NCBI GenBank assembly: GCA_944350225.1
Contig: CALVOH010000003.1
Location: 1 to 34,327 of the forward strand
Source: an uncultured Clostridia bacterium
GTDB taxonomy: Bacteria; Bacillota; Clostridia; Christensenellales; UBA1242
Length of the DNA: 34,327 bases
Direction: 5' to 3'
Part shown: piece after piece, positions 1 through 8,694 of the stretch
Layout of the letters: every line of letters begins with the position of its first letter
How positions within the stretch are numbered: the first letter of the stretch is position 1
Notes under the pieces: model-generated
Seen by the model: the letters and a program-made list of their open reading frames with translations, nothing else
What the model was told of the DNA's origin: nothing
The model's database searches: none
Translations under genes and position numbers: made by a program

Positions 1-33
1 TTTATTTTTATTGATAGAACTAACTTTTCTCAT
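1..33 (-). CDS. 5' end of an unknown CDS (MRKVSSINKNK...), running off the window edge
   Basis: The minus strand reads GGAGG-tgtt-ATG at 33, and the frame is open to position 1. Confidence 0.6.
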   Translation of the reverse strand, partial: MRKVSSINKNK

Positions 34-215
34 AACACCTCCAAATTTGTTTTTTAAATTATATCAAACAAAATAATTGCAAGTCAATCAATATAACACA
101 AGAACGACAACCATATCAAATTCATTTAAATTTGTAATATTTAATAATTTTAAAACAGTCATCTCACTTAATATTATGAGAAAAATAAAATTTTTAATTC
201 TAAAAACTCAAATAT

Positions 216-285
216 AAATTTGTTGTTTTAGTAATGAAACTCAACACCAAATTTTGTTGTTTTAGTAGTGAAATTCAACACTAAA
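216..285. repeat. Tandem 34-bp imperfect duplication of the tilS 3' end
   Basis: tgttgttttagtaatgaaactcaacaccaaa (from 221) matches tgttgttttagtagtgaaattcaacactaaa (from 255). Both encode ...VEFHY* on the minus strand. Confidence 0.9.
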
Positions 286-1590
286 TGCTGTTGGCACATT
301 TTCGAGCTTCACTAGCTCCGAAATCTCAACACCTGCTATTGCCAAAATATTGTTGCCATCTGCAAGCACGGGTAAAAAATCTCTCTTCCTTTGAGGAATT
401 TTTTTGTCAATCAAAAATGATTTTAGTTTTTTTGTTCCTCCGCCAAACTTAGTAAAGACATCCCCTTCTAATCTAAATCGCCAAAAGGCACTCTTTGAAA
501 CTTTTCTGTAATCGATGTAAATCACACCTTCCTTTGGCGTAAAATCTTTAACACGTCTTACAATCATTTTGCCCATTGTAGGCACGTCAAACTCTCCGCA
601 TTTGAATTCACATTTAAATTCTGGGACTTCAATCTTTTTATTGAAAAGTGTGATATATTCATAATCTTTAACTGCCACAACGTCAAACGGTAAAGACACG
701 CGTTTTCCGTTTTCAAAATCTGAAGCAAGTGCCATAATCATATCGACGTGTTTTCTTTCAAAATCAAACTTTACTCCAATTTTTTTTAGTGCTTTTATAA
801 TCATTCTTGAAATAATAGGTCTTTTGTAAAGAAAATAGCTCAATGGAATTTTTGCTTCTTTTTCTTCATAAATGACAGCATCGTCATAAACTTGTGAATT
901 TACAAAATCGTCATCTTCTTTTAACGTCGCGCCAAATTGACAAACCGATTTTATCACTGCTGGCCATTTCTTTGCAATTTCTGGTAAAATTGCATTTCGC
1001 AAAAAATTACGTGAGTAATAATTGTCTTTATTAGATTTGTCTTCGACATAATCCAAATTGTTTAAATTGATATAATCTAATATTTCCTCTTTAGAAGTTG
1101 TCAAAAGAGGACGAATATAACGACCTTCTCTGACAGGTTCCATACCACGAGCGCCAGACATACCTGACCCTCTAAAAATATGCATTAAAATCGTTTCTGC
1201 TTGATCGCTGAGATGATGCGCGAGTGCCAACTTGTCGATGACGTCTTTTTTAAATAGTGAATCAAAAATTGCATAACGTCCTTCTCGTGCCGCCGTTTCT
1301 ATGCTTATACCTTTTTCTTTCGCAAGTTTAAGTGATTCTATTCTAAATTTATAAGAACGAACGCCCATTTGCTTACACATTTGCACAACAAAATTTGCCT
1401 CATCTCGAGACTCTTCACGAATTCCATGATCTATGTGGATTGCTATAACTTCGATGTCAAGCTTGTCTGCGTTTTCTTTAAGAAAGTGTAAAAGGGCAAT
1501 CGAATCGCTACCTCCACTGACGCCAACCCCAACCCTATCACCTGGGCTAAACATATTGTTTTCTTCAATAAACTTTAAAACATTTTGCAT
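262..1590 (-). CDS. tilS: tRNA(Ile)-lysidine synthetase
   Basis: PP-loop VSGGSDS, HIDHGIR, ALAHHLSDQAET, IRPLL and EDKSN...RNFLR motifs, plus the C-terminal TilS domain (KKLKSFLIDKKIP). The start was moved to ATG 1590 because GAGG lies upstream. Confidence 0.96.
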   Translation of the reverse strand: MQNVLKFIEENNMFSPGDRVGVGVSGGSDSIALLHFLKENADKLDIEVIAIHIDHGIREESRDEANFVVQMCKQMGVRSYKFRIESLKLAKEKGISIETAAREGRYAIFDSLFKKDVIDKLALAHHLSDQAETILMHIFRGSGMSGARGMEPVREGRYIRPLLTTSKEEILDYINLNNLDYVEDKSNKDNYYSRNFLRNAILPEIAKKWPAVIKSVCQFGATLKEDDDFVNSQVYDDAVIYEEKEAKIPLSYFLYKRPIISRMIIKALKKIGVKFDFERKHVDMIMALASDFENGKRVSLPFDVVAVKDYEYITLFNKKIEVPEFKCEFKCGEFDVPTMGKMIVRRVKDFTPKEGVIYIDYRKVSKSAFWRFRLEGDVFTKFGGGTKKLKSFLIDKKIPQRKRDFLPVLADGNNILAIAGVEISELVKLENVPTAFSVEFHY

Positions 1591-1667
1591 ACAAAAAAAC
1601 CTCGTGAAGAAATTATACACGTTAATGCATAATAAATCAAGGTTTATTTTAAAAATTAATAATTTTT

Positions 1668-3962
1668 TTATATATCAAACACTTTTACCACCATAACTGT
1701 CATATCATCTCGCGCACATCCATCATTGTTTGCAAGTGCTTGCTCTAATATTTTATCAGCAATAGTTTGAGGATTTTTTGCATAGCAAGATTTTACGAAA
1801 TCTTCAAACGCCTCATCTGTGGCAAAACTGTCACTTACGCCATCGGTAACAAGCACTATGTTGTCGCCAGAACTCACAACAACCTTTTTTGTCGTTGGAT
1901 TGACTTTGTCAACTATGCCAAGAGGCAAGGCTCCACTTTCAATCCTTGAAACGTTTTCGTTTGACATAATCAAAGATATCGGTGACGCCATTTTAACAAA
2001 ATCTGCAAATCCATTTTTTAAATCCAACACGCAAACATCCAACGCGGAAAATTTTTCTTCGCGCTGTAAAGATAAAAGCTTGTTTACACTTGATAAAACG
2101 AGTTCACTATCAAAACCTGCCTTATAGAAGTTTTCAATAAGCCCTATAGCTATTTCGCTCGTGTTTTCGGCATCTTTCCCGCTACCCATTCCATCACAAA
2201 GAGAAAACATAAAACGGTCTCCGTTTAACCTTTGAACACTGTGACTGTCACCACTGCGAGAGCTTCCTGCTTTTGTATGCTGTGAAATCGCAAATACGCA
2301 ATCGTATTTTGATGCGGTTTTTAAACTTAAAGTCGTCCATCCTGGTTTTGTCGATGGAAATTTTTCATAAACTCCCATTTTCGACTTGCAAATTTTTCCT
2401 ATTATATCTGCTATTTTTATTTTTTCTGCATCGGTGTTTCGAACTACCACTGAGGCCTCACACGTTCTCGCGTCTCTTTCAAAAACTATAACATCCGAGC
2501 ACACAATATCATTAAACAGTAATTCATCAATTATTTTTTGTTCTCGCCGGCCGTCAAAAGATATTTCCGTGTCAACCTCTTTAGAAAGATCTCTCATTAC
2601 ACTTGAAATACCACCAAGCTGGTCGGCAATCAACATTTTTGACATGTCTATATTTGAAAGCATACCGCTATAAGATTTATATTGCCTAGTCAAACTGTTT
2701 GTAGCAGATATTATGCCATTCAGTCTACCACACCTTGAATTTAAATATGAAGGTATGTCCAAAAGCGTAATCTTTCCTTTTTCGAAAGCTATTGTTACCA
2801 ATTCGTCCAACACTTTTTCCGTTTCTGCCTGAAAGGTCCTATGGCATCTCGCTCGATCCGGGCAACTTTCACAATTGCGCGAAACAATCTCATCTCTTAA
2901 CAGTTTTTTTACTTCCTCTTCGCTTAAATTTTGTTTCACTAGCCCTCTAAAAACTTTGTTCATTTCGCCAAATACGTCAGAAAGCGAACCCAATCTACGT
3001 TTTAGAACTTCACGGTTTCTGTTAACAACATTCTTGACGGCAATCCTATCTCCTTTGAGGTCAAACACACCTTTTATTGACTCATAAATCTTATCTGGTA
3101 TTAATGCAAAAATTATGCAACTTATTCCTGCCGGCAAAATAGAAATCCAACTAAAATCAGGATATAAGTTTAAAAAGTATCCAATTACAATCTCGGTAAT
3201 CAACAACGATATTGCAGAAAAATATTTGCGATATGTTTTAAATGGAGATATCGCTAGCGCCCACAACATAAAAGGTGCAATAAATATAGGATTAAGAGTT
3301 GATATCAAAGTTCCAAGTCCTAGTATCGCTGCTACAAAAACCGAATAGTATGTTTTTGAACAATATGTTATTGCAAGTAAAACGAAGGACACAAAGAGTT
3401 TTAAAAAAGAAAACCCATACAACTGCACCGGCACAAGGCCACCAGCAAGTGCCATAAGTATTACGCCACCGCTAATAAGTTCTACAGCAGAAAGCCTATA
3501 ATTAAACCCTCTAACAAATATGGCTTCAAAAAATGTAATAGATCCTAACATAAACAACACGCCTAGCACACATGAAGCCACGGAATAATAAATAGAATTA
3601 AAGTTGCTTGATGTTATTGCAAAAACCATTGAAGCTATTTGGCTTAAAAAACAATATATGCTTAGTTCCCAAACAGGCAACGGCTTTTTACAAAAATAAT
3701 GTATAAGATAAGGAACAAACAAAAAAAAGACTGAGCAAATAGCTCCAATTATGCTTGGCATTGAATGGTCAAGGACAATGCTGGAAATTAAGTAAGCCGG
3801 GCAAACCAACCATATTTTTTGATTTGCCCAAACTAGCGCAAACATCATTGAAAACGCAAACGGGAATATCACGCCGGCTATTGAGGATAAGTTTAAAACA
3901 AAAAACAACCCTAAAAAGCCTATGCCTAAAAACAAATATTTAAGTTTTTCAAAAACGTTCAT
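1668..3962 (-). CDS. spoIIE: Stage II sporulation protein E (membrane PP2C phosphatase)
   Basis: Multi-TM N-terminus, CxxCx5C motif, PP2C motifs SGD, DGMGSG, VTDGV and DDMT. It lies upstream of tilS, as in other Firmicutes, and has an AGGAG RBS. Confidence 0.92.
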   Translation of the reverse strand: MNVFEKLKYLFLGIGFLGLFFVLNLSSIAGVIFPFAFSMMFALVWANQKIWLVCPAYLISSIVLDHSMPSIIGAICSVFFLFVPYLIHYFCKKPLPVWELSIYCFLSQIASMVFAITSSNFNSIYYSVASCVLGVLFMLGSITFFEAIFVRGFNYRLSAVELISGGVILMALAGGLVPVQLYGFSFLKLFVSFVLLAITYCSKTYYSVFVAAILGLGTLISTLNPIFIAPFMLWALAISPFKTYRKYFSAISLLITEIVIGYFLNLYPDFSWISILPAGISCIIFALIPDKIYESIKGVFDLKGDRIAVKNVVNRNREVLKRRLGSLSDVFGEMNKVFRGLVKQNLSEEEVKKLLRDEIVSRNCESCPDRARCHRTFQAETEKVLDELVTIAFEKGKITLLDIPSYLNSRCGRLNGIISATNSLTRQYKSYSGMLSNIDMSKMLIADQLGGISSVMRDLSKEVDTEISFDGRREQKIIDELLFNDIVCSDVIVFERDARTCEASVVVRNTDAEKIKIADIIGKICKSKMGVYEKFPSTKPGWTTLSLKTASKYDCVFAISQHTKAGSSRSGDSHSVQRLNGDRFMFSLCDGMGSGKDAENTSEIAIGLIENFYKAGFDSELVLSSVNKLLSLQREEKFSALDVCVLDLKNGFADFVKMASPISLIMSNENVSRIESGALPLGIVDKVNPTTKKVVVSSGDNIVLVTDGVSDSFATDEAFEDFVKSCYAKNPQTIADKILEQALANNDGCARDDMTVMVVKVFDI

Positions 3963-4059
3963 CTTTTACTCCTGCAAAGTGATTATAAAAAAATAAAAAA
4001 AAACTGCTAAAAATTATTTGCAGTCTTTTTGTCTTTTTTTTAATTCTTTTGTTGAACGG

Positions 4060-4608
4060 TTATTTTAAATTTTTTACTCCAACGGCTTTTTCAATTTGCT
4101 TCACGGTGTCTTTGAGATCTATATTTTCTATATAAAAATCAAATTTGTCAACACATTTTCTCTCCATTTCATACCGAGACATTCTCACCTTTATCATCTC
4201 TTCACTTTCGCCTCGATCTTTTAGTCTTTGATATAAAACAGAATTTGGAGCATCTAAAAACACTGTCTTGCAGTTTTTCTTTCCCAAATAATTTTGAACC
4301 TTTATAGCTCCGTTTACATCAAGGTCTTTTATATAATTTCTTTTTGTAGCTTTAATTTGTTCTAGTGCCGAACGTATTGTTCCATACATCAAATCAGCAT
4401 GCACATTTTCATATTCGAAAAAAACGTCGTCTTTTATCATTTTTTCGAACTCTTTTTTTGAAACGTGTATGTAAGCATCTCTCTCGCCTTCACGCTTCGC
4501 TCTTGTTGTAACGGCTTTTAAATATTGTAAATTTGGATACTTTTTCATCAAAACATCTATAACCGAATTTTTACCCACTCCTGATGGGCCTATGATAATA
4601 GTTAACAT
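4060..4608 (-). CDS. gmk: Guanylate kinase
   Basis: P-loop GPSGVGK, TTRAKREGE, YGT and RLKDRG. The AAGGAG RBS favours ATG 4608. Confidence 0.92.
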   Translation of the reverse strand: MLTIIIGPSGVGKNSVIDVLMKKYPNLQYLKAVTTRAKREGERDAYIHVSKKEFEKMIKDDVFFEYENVHADLMYGTIRSALEQIKATKRNYIKDLDVNGAIKVQNYLGKKNCKTVFLDAPNSVLYQRLKDRGESEEMIKVRMSRYEMERKCVDKFDFYIENIDLKDTVKQIEKAVGVKNLK

Positions 4609-4681
4609 TACATCTCCTTGAAAACAAAATTGACTTGAAATATATTTTATCATATTTCAAAAGACAAACAAACCTTTTTGC

Positions 4682-5371
4682 TTACATATGAAGATAATTC
4701 AAAATTCCACAAGCCACTGCATAACAAATTTCCTGACGATATTCATTTGAAAGCAGTAACTTTTCTTCTTCATGATTGGAAAGAAAACCAAACTCAACCA
4801 GTGCTCCCGGAACCTGCGTACAATTTAAAATGTAAAAATCTCCTGCGTTTGCTTGTGACTTGGCATAAGCTATATTTTCATACAAAGCATTTTGCAAACT
4901 TTGTGCAAGCGCTTGACCCCCATAATTCTTTTCATCAAAAAAAACGTGCGCTCCGCGAGATGAACTTAATGGAAAAGCATTCATGTGAACACTTAAAACT
5001 AAATCAGCAGCGCTGTCTTCAATAATTTTTTGCCTTGCCTCCATGTCTGAACGCTTTTTATTTGATGCGAGTGGCGAATATAAACCGTTTAAATCTGTTC
5101 TCGTCATAACGACTTTTAATCCCAGCCTTTCACAAATGGATTTTAAAGTTTCGGCATATTCTAAATTGAGTTCATTTTCTGTTATTCCACTCGATTTACC
5201 GATGCAGCCTCCATCTGCGCCACCATGCCCCGCATCAATAACAATGGAGTATTCTGGCTTGGGCGAGGATGTTGTTTGAACGGCATAAAAAATACCAAAA
5301 ATAGCACAAATCAAAACTATGCTTATTAAGATAATGCACAATGTCCGTTTTTTTATTGTTAAAAATTTCAT
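4682..5371 (-). CDS. cwlD: N-acetylmuramoyl-L-alanine amidase (Amidase_3, CwlD-like)
   Basis: N-terminal TM anchor, VIDAGHGGADGG, E..LN, SVHMNAF and LVEFGFLSN..E. The KRSDMEAR segment is CwlD-like. Confidence 0.85.
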   Translation of the reverse strand: MKFLTIKKRTLCIILISIVLICAIFGIFYAVQTTSSPKPEYSIVIDAGHGGADGGCIGKSSGITENELNLEYAETLKSICERLGLKVVMTRTDLNGLYSPLASNKKRSDMEARQKIIEDSAADLVLSVHMNAFPLSSSRGAHVFFDEKNYGGQALAQSLQNALYENIAYAKSQANAGDFYILNCTQVPGALVEFGFLSNHEEEKLLLSNEYRQEICYAVACGILNYLHM

Positions 5372-5412
5372 ATTGTATATTATTAATTCACAATAAAATT
5401 TATGTTATGGTA

Positions 5413-5442
5413 TTGACAAATCAAAAAAAACTTTGCTATAAT
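5413..5442 (+). promoter_or_regulatory. SigA promoter, probably giving a leaderless transcript
   Basis: TTGACA(5413)-18 bp-TATAAT(5437) with an extended TG. The ATG is 6 nt downstream and has no SD. Confidence 0.8.
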
Positions 5443-5448
5443 GTGAAC

Positions 5449-7029
5449 ATGAGAAAAGTTGATTTTAAAAATATGCCTTTAAACAAACTGTTTAATCTTC
5501 TTTCGGATGAAGATAAACAGATTGTGTCTTTATATGAAAATGTTCGTAATATCAATATTGATATAATTGATTTACCAATATTAAAAAAATATAAATGCTA
5601 TGCTTTCACAACTATTAGTCAAACTTTAAAAAGCATTCGGTCAAATTTGGTTACAGAAGCAAAACGTTCAAAAACCGATTTGAAAAAAGGCATATCGTCC
5701 ATAAAAAATCTGCAGAATCCTGTTGTCAAAGCAATAAGAAACAACAATCAACCTTTGGCGTGGTATTTAGTCAAAAAAAAATTATACAGTCCTGTGAAAC
5801 CTGATGAGATTTTTCCTTCACTTATCAATAACGCAAGCGATTTTATAGAAATAATTTTATATATGCCCTTAGAGAAAACAAAACGAAATGAACTTGCTAT
5901 ATATAGAATTTTAAAACGAATGATAAATAAGCCAGAAGATGAAAAGTTGTTATTGCAAGTATATGAAAAATTGAAAAAGACAAAATATTGTGACATCAAT
6001 CAATACTCTTCTTTTAACTGGATAAATTATCTTACTTCAAAAAGTGCCAATAAAGTTCATTTCCGAAAAGGCACCGCTAATCGTCATGTGCCACAAGAGA
6101 CTTATATGTTGCACGAAAGCATATTGACCTATCCCACAATCGTTCCATACCTATTAAAATTTAAAGATCTAGATGTTAACATAAAAAATAAGAGCAATAT
6201 TGAAGAACCTTCAGAATTTTCAGAATTAGAAAATCCTTCTCCTACAAATGGCAACTTGCCGATCATGCAACTTTTTAGATGGGCTGATTTAATTCATATA
6301 CTCAAACAACAGCATAATTATAAGTGTGGACTTGTTGGTATTTCTGATATGTATATAGATATTTTAGAAGAAATCTCAAAAAAGTATGATATAACAAAAT
6401 CAAATGAATATATTGATGAATTTATTAAACGCGGTGCTATACTAGACTATAAAAATGCAAATGGTGAAAGTGTTGTTATGACAGCGATTCACCACTACCA
6501 TGTACATGGAGTTGAAGTGTGCCGGCATCTTTTATACCCCGAAATTCTTCATGATATGGAAAAACTTAATGGGCATAGTTTATGGGCTGAACTTCCAGTA
6601 AAAATTTGTGAAATTTTATCTACAAAATTTCCATCAATGACAGATTCGTTGAACATCACATATTCTGAATATCTGTCAAACAAAACTGAGTATGATAGTC
6701 ACCTCCCAAAAGACAAAATGATTCATCCAGACTTTTTAATTGATTTAATTGACAAAATTCCTAAACTTAATCTGCTTTTAGAGCGTACGTCACATATATC
6801 TTATGATTATGAGAGAAAATTCGGAGAAGAAAGCCCTGAATATATAGGGTTTAATAACAAAGCCCAAGCAATATTAGAAAAATATGGAATAGATGATCAT
6901 TATTATTTTGACGCAGACGAGATTATAAATGCTGCAAGAAATGGATATCAAATCCAATCGCAAGGCATAGCAGAATATGAGAAATTTATCGAAGTTGAAG
7001 AAGAAAACCTTACTATAAAAACACCATAA
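5449..7029 (+). CDS. Hypothetical 526-aa protein with degenerate ankyrin-like repeats
   Basis: Long ORF. LLKFKDLDVNIKNK and FIKRGAILDYKNANGESVVMTAI resemble ankyrin repeats. The start was placed at M37 of the track ORF because of the promoter. Confidence 0.7.
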   Translation: MRKVDFKNMPLNKLFNLLSDEDKQIVSLYENVRNINIDIIDLPILKKYKCYAFTTISQTLKSIRSNLVTEAKRSKTDLKKGISSIKNLQNPVVKAIRNNNQPLAWYLVKKKLYSPVKPDEIFPSLINNASDFIEIILYMPLEKTKRNELAIYRILKRMINKPEDEKLLLQVYEKLKKTKYCDINQYSSFNWINYLTSKSANKVHFRKGTANRHVPQETYMLHESILTYPTIVPYLLKFKDLDVNIKNKSNIEEPSEFSELENPSPTNGNLPIMQLFRWADLIHILKQQHNYKCGLVGISDMYIDILEEISKKYDITKSNEYIDEFIKRGAILDYKNANGESVVMTAIHHYHVHGVEVCRHLLYPEILHDMEKLNGHSLWAELPVKICEILSTKFPSMTDSLNITYSEYLSNKTEYDSHLPKDKMIHPDFLIDLIDKIPKLNLLLERTSHISYDYERKFGEESPEYIGFNNKAQAILEKYGIDDHYYFDADEIINAARNGYQIQSQGIAEYEKFIEVEEENLTIKTP

Positions 7030-7102
7030 AAGAAGCAGAAGAAAAGCACCGATTTGAGGATATTCCTTTTTAAAAATTTTTAAATTAAATTTAATTTCAA
7101 AC

Positions 7103-7127
7103 AGCATATCAAACGATATGCTTTTTT
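7103..7127 (+). terminator. Intrinsic terminator
   Basis: AGCATATC-aaac-GATATGCT followed by a T run. Confidence 0.7.
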
Positions 7128-7184
7128 CTTATCCCTATAAAATTATGTATGTCTTTCCTCTTAAAATTTTAAAATATACTGCCC

Positions 7185-7355
7185 TTACTTGACATTAACT
7201 CGACCATGTCCCGCGTCAATTACAATAGTAAAGCTCTTTTGTGGAACGTTTGCATTGACGACCATAAGAACCGAACATAAATAAATTAATAGAAACAACA
7301 GCAATATTATAATACAAAACAAGATTTTTCTTTTCTTTATTATGACAAATTTCAT
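7185..7355 (-). pseudogene. Truncated cwlD-like amidase 5' fragment (56 aa)
   Basis: MKFVIIKKRKILF...QKSFTIVIDAGHGRVNVK* is collinear with the cwlD N-terminus (MKFLTIKKR...EYSIVIDAGHGG) and then stops. No alternative frame continues it. Confidence 0.85.
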
Positions 7356-7637
7356 ATAAATATTTTATTGAAACTCATATTTTATAGAACATCTTTTAAT
7401 TTTTAAAAAATTGTTTTATTTTAACTTTTAATAAGAAAAATTGTTATTATAAGAAGATGTAAAAAGTAGAAAGGCATAAATTGGATAAAATTATGTTGAC
7501 AAAAAACTACTACAAGATTAGAAATATTTATAAATTGATTATTGATATTTTTTAAATTAAATTATAAACACTTCTAATTATTAATTTAAGCATTGACAAA
7601 AAATACTTTATATGTTAGTCTTACAAAGAGGTAGTTT

Positions 7638-7961
7638 ATGAAAGATAAATTGAAAAATGAAGCTATTGAAGATCTAAAAAAAAATATTGGCATTCTTAAA
7701 GATTTAAAAACTGGTTGTGCAGTTTTGGGGCTTGCTTGTGGATGTATGGGTTTAATTTTTTCGGGGGTCGGAATTCTTGAAGGATCAATTGCTTGCAATA
7801 TTGGTCTCGCTGTTTTAATCCCTTCCTATGTTTCCGCTAAGGTTTCTCAATATCGTTTGGAAAAGATAAAAAAAGAATTGGAATCATCTACTAAAGAAGA
7901 ATTTGACATATTTGAAGAATACAATCTCACCGATGAAGACGATTTAAACAAAGACAGATAA
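7638..7961 (+). CDS. Hypothetical membrane protein (2 TM segments, acidic tail)
   Basis: GAGGT RBS, an upstream TTGACA and a hydrophobic hairpin. Confidence 0.7.
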   Translation: MKDKLKNEAIEDLKKNIGILKDLKTGCAVLGLACGCMGLIFSGVGILEGSIACNIGLAVLIPSYVSAKVSQYRLEKIKKELESSTKEEFDIFEEYNLTDEDDLNKDR

Positions 7962-7983
7962 AATATTTATTTAAGGAGTTAAA

Positions 7984-8169
7984 ATGAAAATTAAAGAACT
8001 TTTACGGAAGGTCGACAAAAAATTAAAAGAACTGCCACAAGAAAAATTGGCAGAAATAGAAAAAACAATCGATGAAGATATTGAAAAATTTTTTAGTTCT
8101 GAAGCAGAAGAAGATGATTTAACAATTCCAAAAGTTGTTGAAGAAAACTTTCCTTTTTTATTTAGATGA
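7984..8169 (+). CDS. Small hypothetical protein (61 aa)
   Basis: Strong AAGGAG RBS directly after the preceding gene. Confidence 0.65.
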   Translation: MKIKELLRKVDKKLKELPQEKLAEIEKTIDEDIEKFFSSEAEEDDLTIPKVVEENFPFLFR

Positions 8170-8178
8170 CAATTTTCT

Positions 8179-8207
8179 TTGACAAAAAATCTAAATTGTG
8201 ATAACAT
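8179..8207 (+). promoter_or_regulatory. SigA promoter of the leader-gatCAB-aspS transcript
   Basis: TTGACA(8179)-17 bp-TAACAT(8202) with an extended TG. Confidence 0.75.
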
Positions 8208-8224
8208 ATCTTTCGAGGTAAACA

Positions 8225-8281
8225 ATGTTTTTAAATCTTAATAACAATAATAATAATTTTAAACATCACATGAGTTTGTGA
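8225..8281 (+). CDS. Asn-rich attenuator leader peptide MFLNLNNNNNNFKHHMSL
   Basis: GAGGT SD at 8215-8219, ATG at 8225, 7 Asn codons (6 consecutive at 8240-8257) and TGA at 8279-8281. It lies upstream of the Asn-tRNA synthesis operon. Confidence 0.88.
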   Translation: MFLNLNNNNNNFKHHMSL

Positions 8282-8329
8282 ACTTTTGTTGTGTTGTTTA
8301 AATCACGGTTCACAAACCGTGATTTTTTT
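8258..8329 (+). promoter_or_regulatory. Transcription attenuator with protector, antiterminator and terminator helices
   Basis: 8258-8270 pairs with 8290-8302 (12 of 13 bp). GTTTGTGAAC 8274-8283 pairs with GTTCACAAAC 8308-8317 (10 of 10 bp). The terminator is 8300-8310 paired with 8315-8325, plus a T run. Confidence 0.87.
8300..8329 (+). terminator. Attenuator terminator
   Basis: AAATCACGGTT-caca-AACCGTGATTT, with T7 at 8323-8329. Confidence 0.88.
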
Positions 8330-8413
8330 GTTTATATTGATTTGAATTTGATTTGTTTTGTTGTATACTTATAAAAATAGATAGTTTACTGATTAAAAGG
8401 AAAATATAAATTT

Positions 8414-8689
8414 ATGGATTTAAAAGAAATTCAGCATCTGGCAGAACTTTCAAAATTAGAGTTTTCAAAAGAAGAACTTGAAAACTTTGCTTTGGATTTT
8501 GCTAGCCTTGTCAGTCTTGCTGATAAAATTAAAAACGCAAATGTAAAAAGCAATCGAGTTTTAAGTAGTATCGACTTAAAAGATTTGCGTGAGGATGATG
8601 TAAAAGAAAGCTTGCCAACAAAAACTGTTCTTAAAAATGCACCAGTTGCGAAAAAAGATAGTTTTGTTGTGCCAAGAGTTGTGGAGTAG
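8414..8689 (+). CDS. gatC: Asp/Glu-tRNA amidotransferase subunit C
   Basis: HLAELSKLEF, LREDDV and NAP...FVVPRVVE motifs, directly before gatA. Confidence 0.93.
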   Translation: MDLKEIQHLAELSKLEFSKEELENFALDFASLVSLADKIKNANVKSNRVLSSIDLKDLREDDVKESLPTKTVLKNAPVAKKDSFVVPRVVE

Positions 8690-8694
8690 AAAAC

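Noticed and set aside
1-33. Shared 12-nt start (ATGAGAAAAGTT) with the gene at 5449, suggesting paralogy
   Set aside because: The match is too short and AT-rich, the sequences diverge immediately afterwards, and the rest of the gene lies outside the window.
216-285. CRISPR-like repeat containing GTTTTAG
   Set aside because: There are only two adjacent copies with no spacer, one copy is tilS coding sequence, and there are no cas genes in the window.
7140-7355. Programmed frameshift rescuing the truncated amidase
   Set aside because: Both alternative frames stop within a few codons and show no amidase-like sequence.
8170-8413. T-box riboswitch upstream of gatCAB
   Set aside because: The leader is too short for stem I and has no GGTGGNACCGCG-like T-box motif. 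The leader-peptide model fits better.
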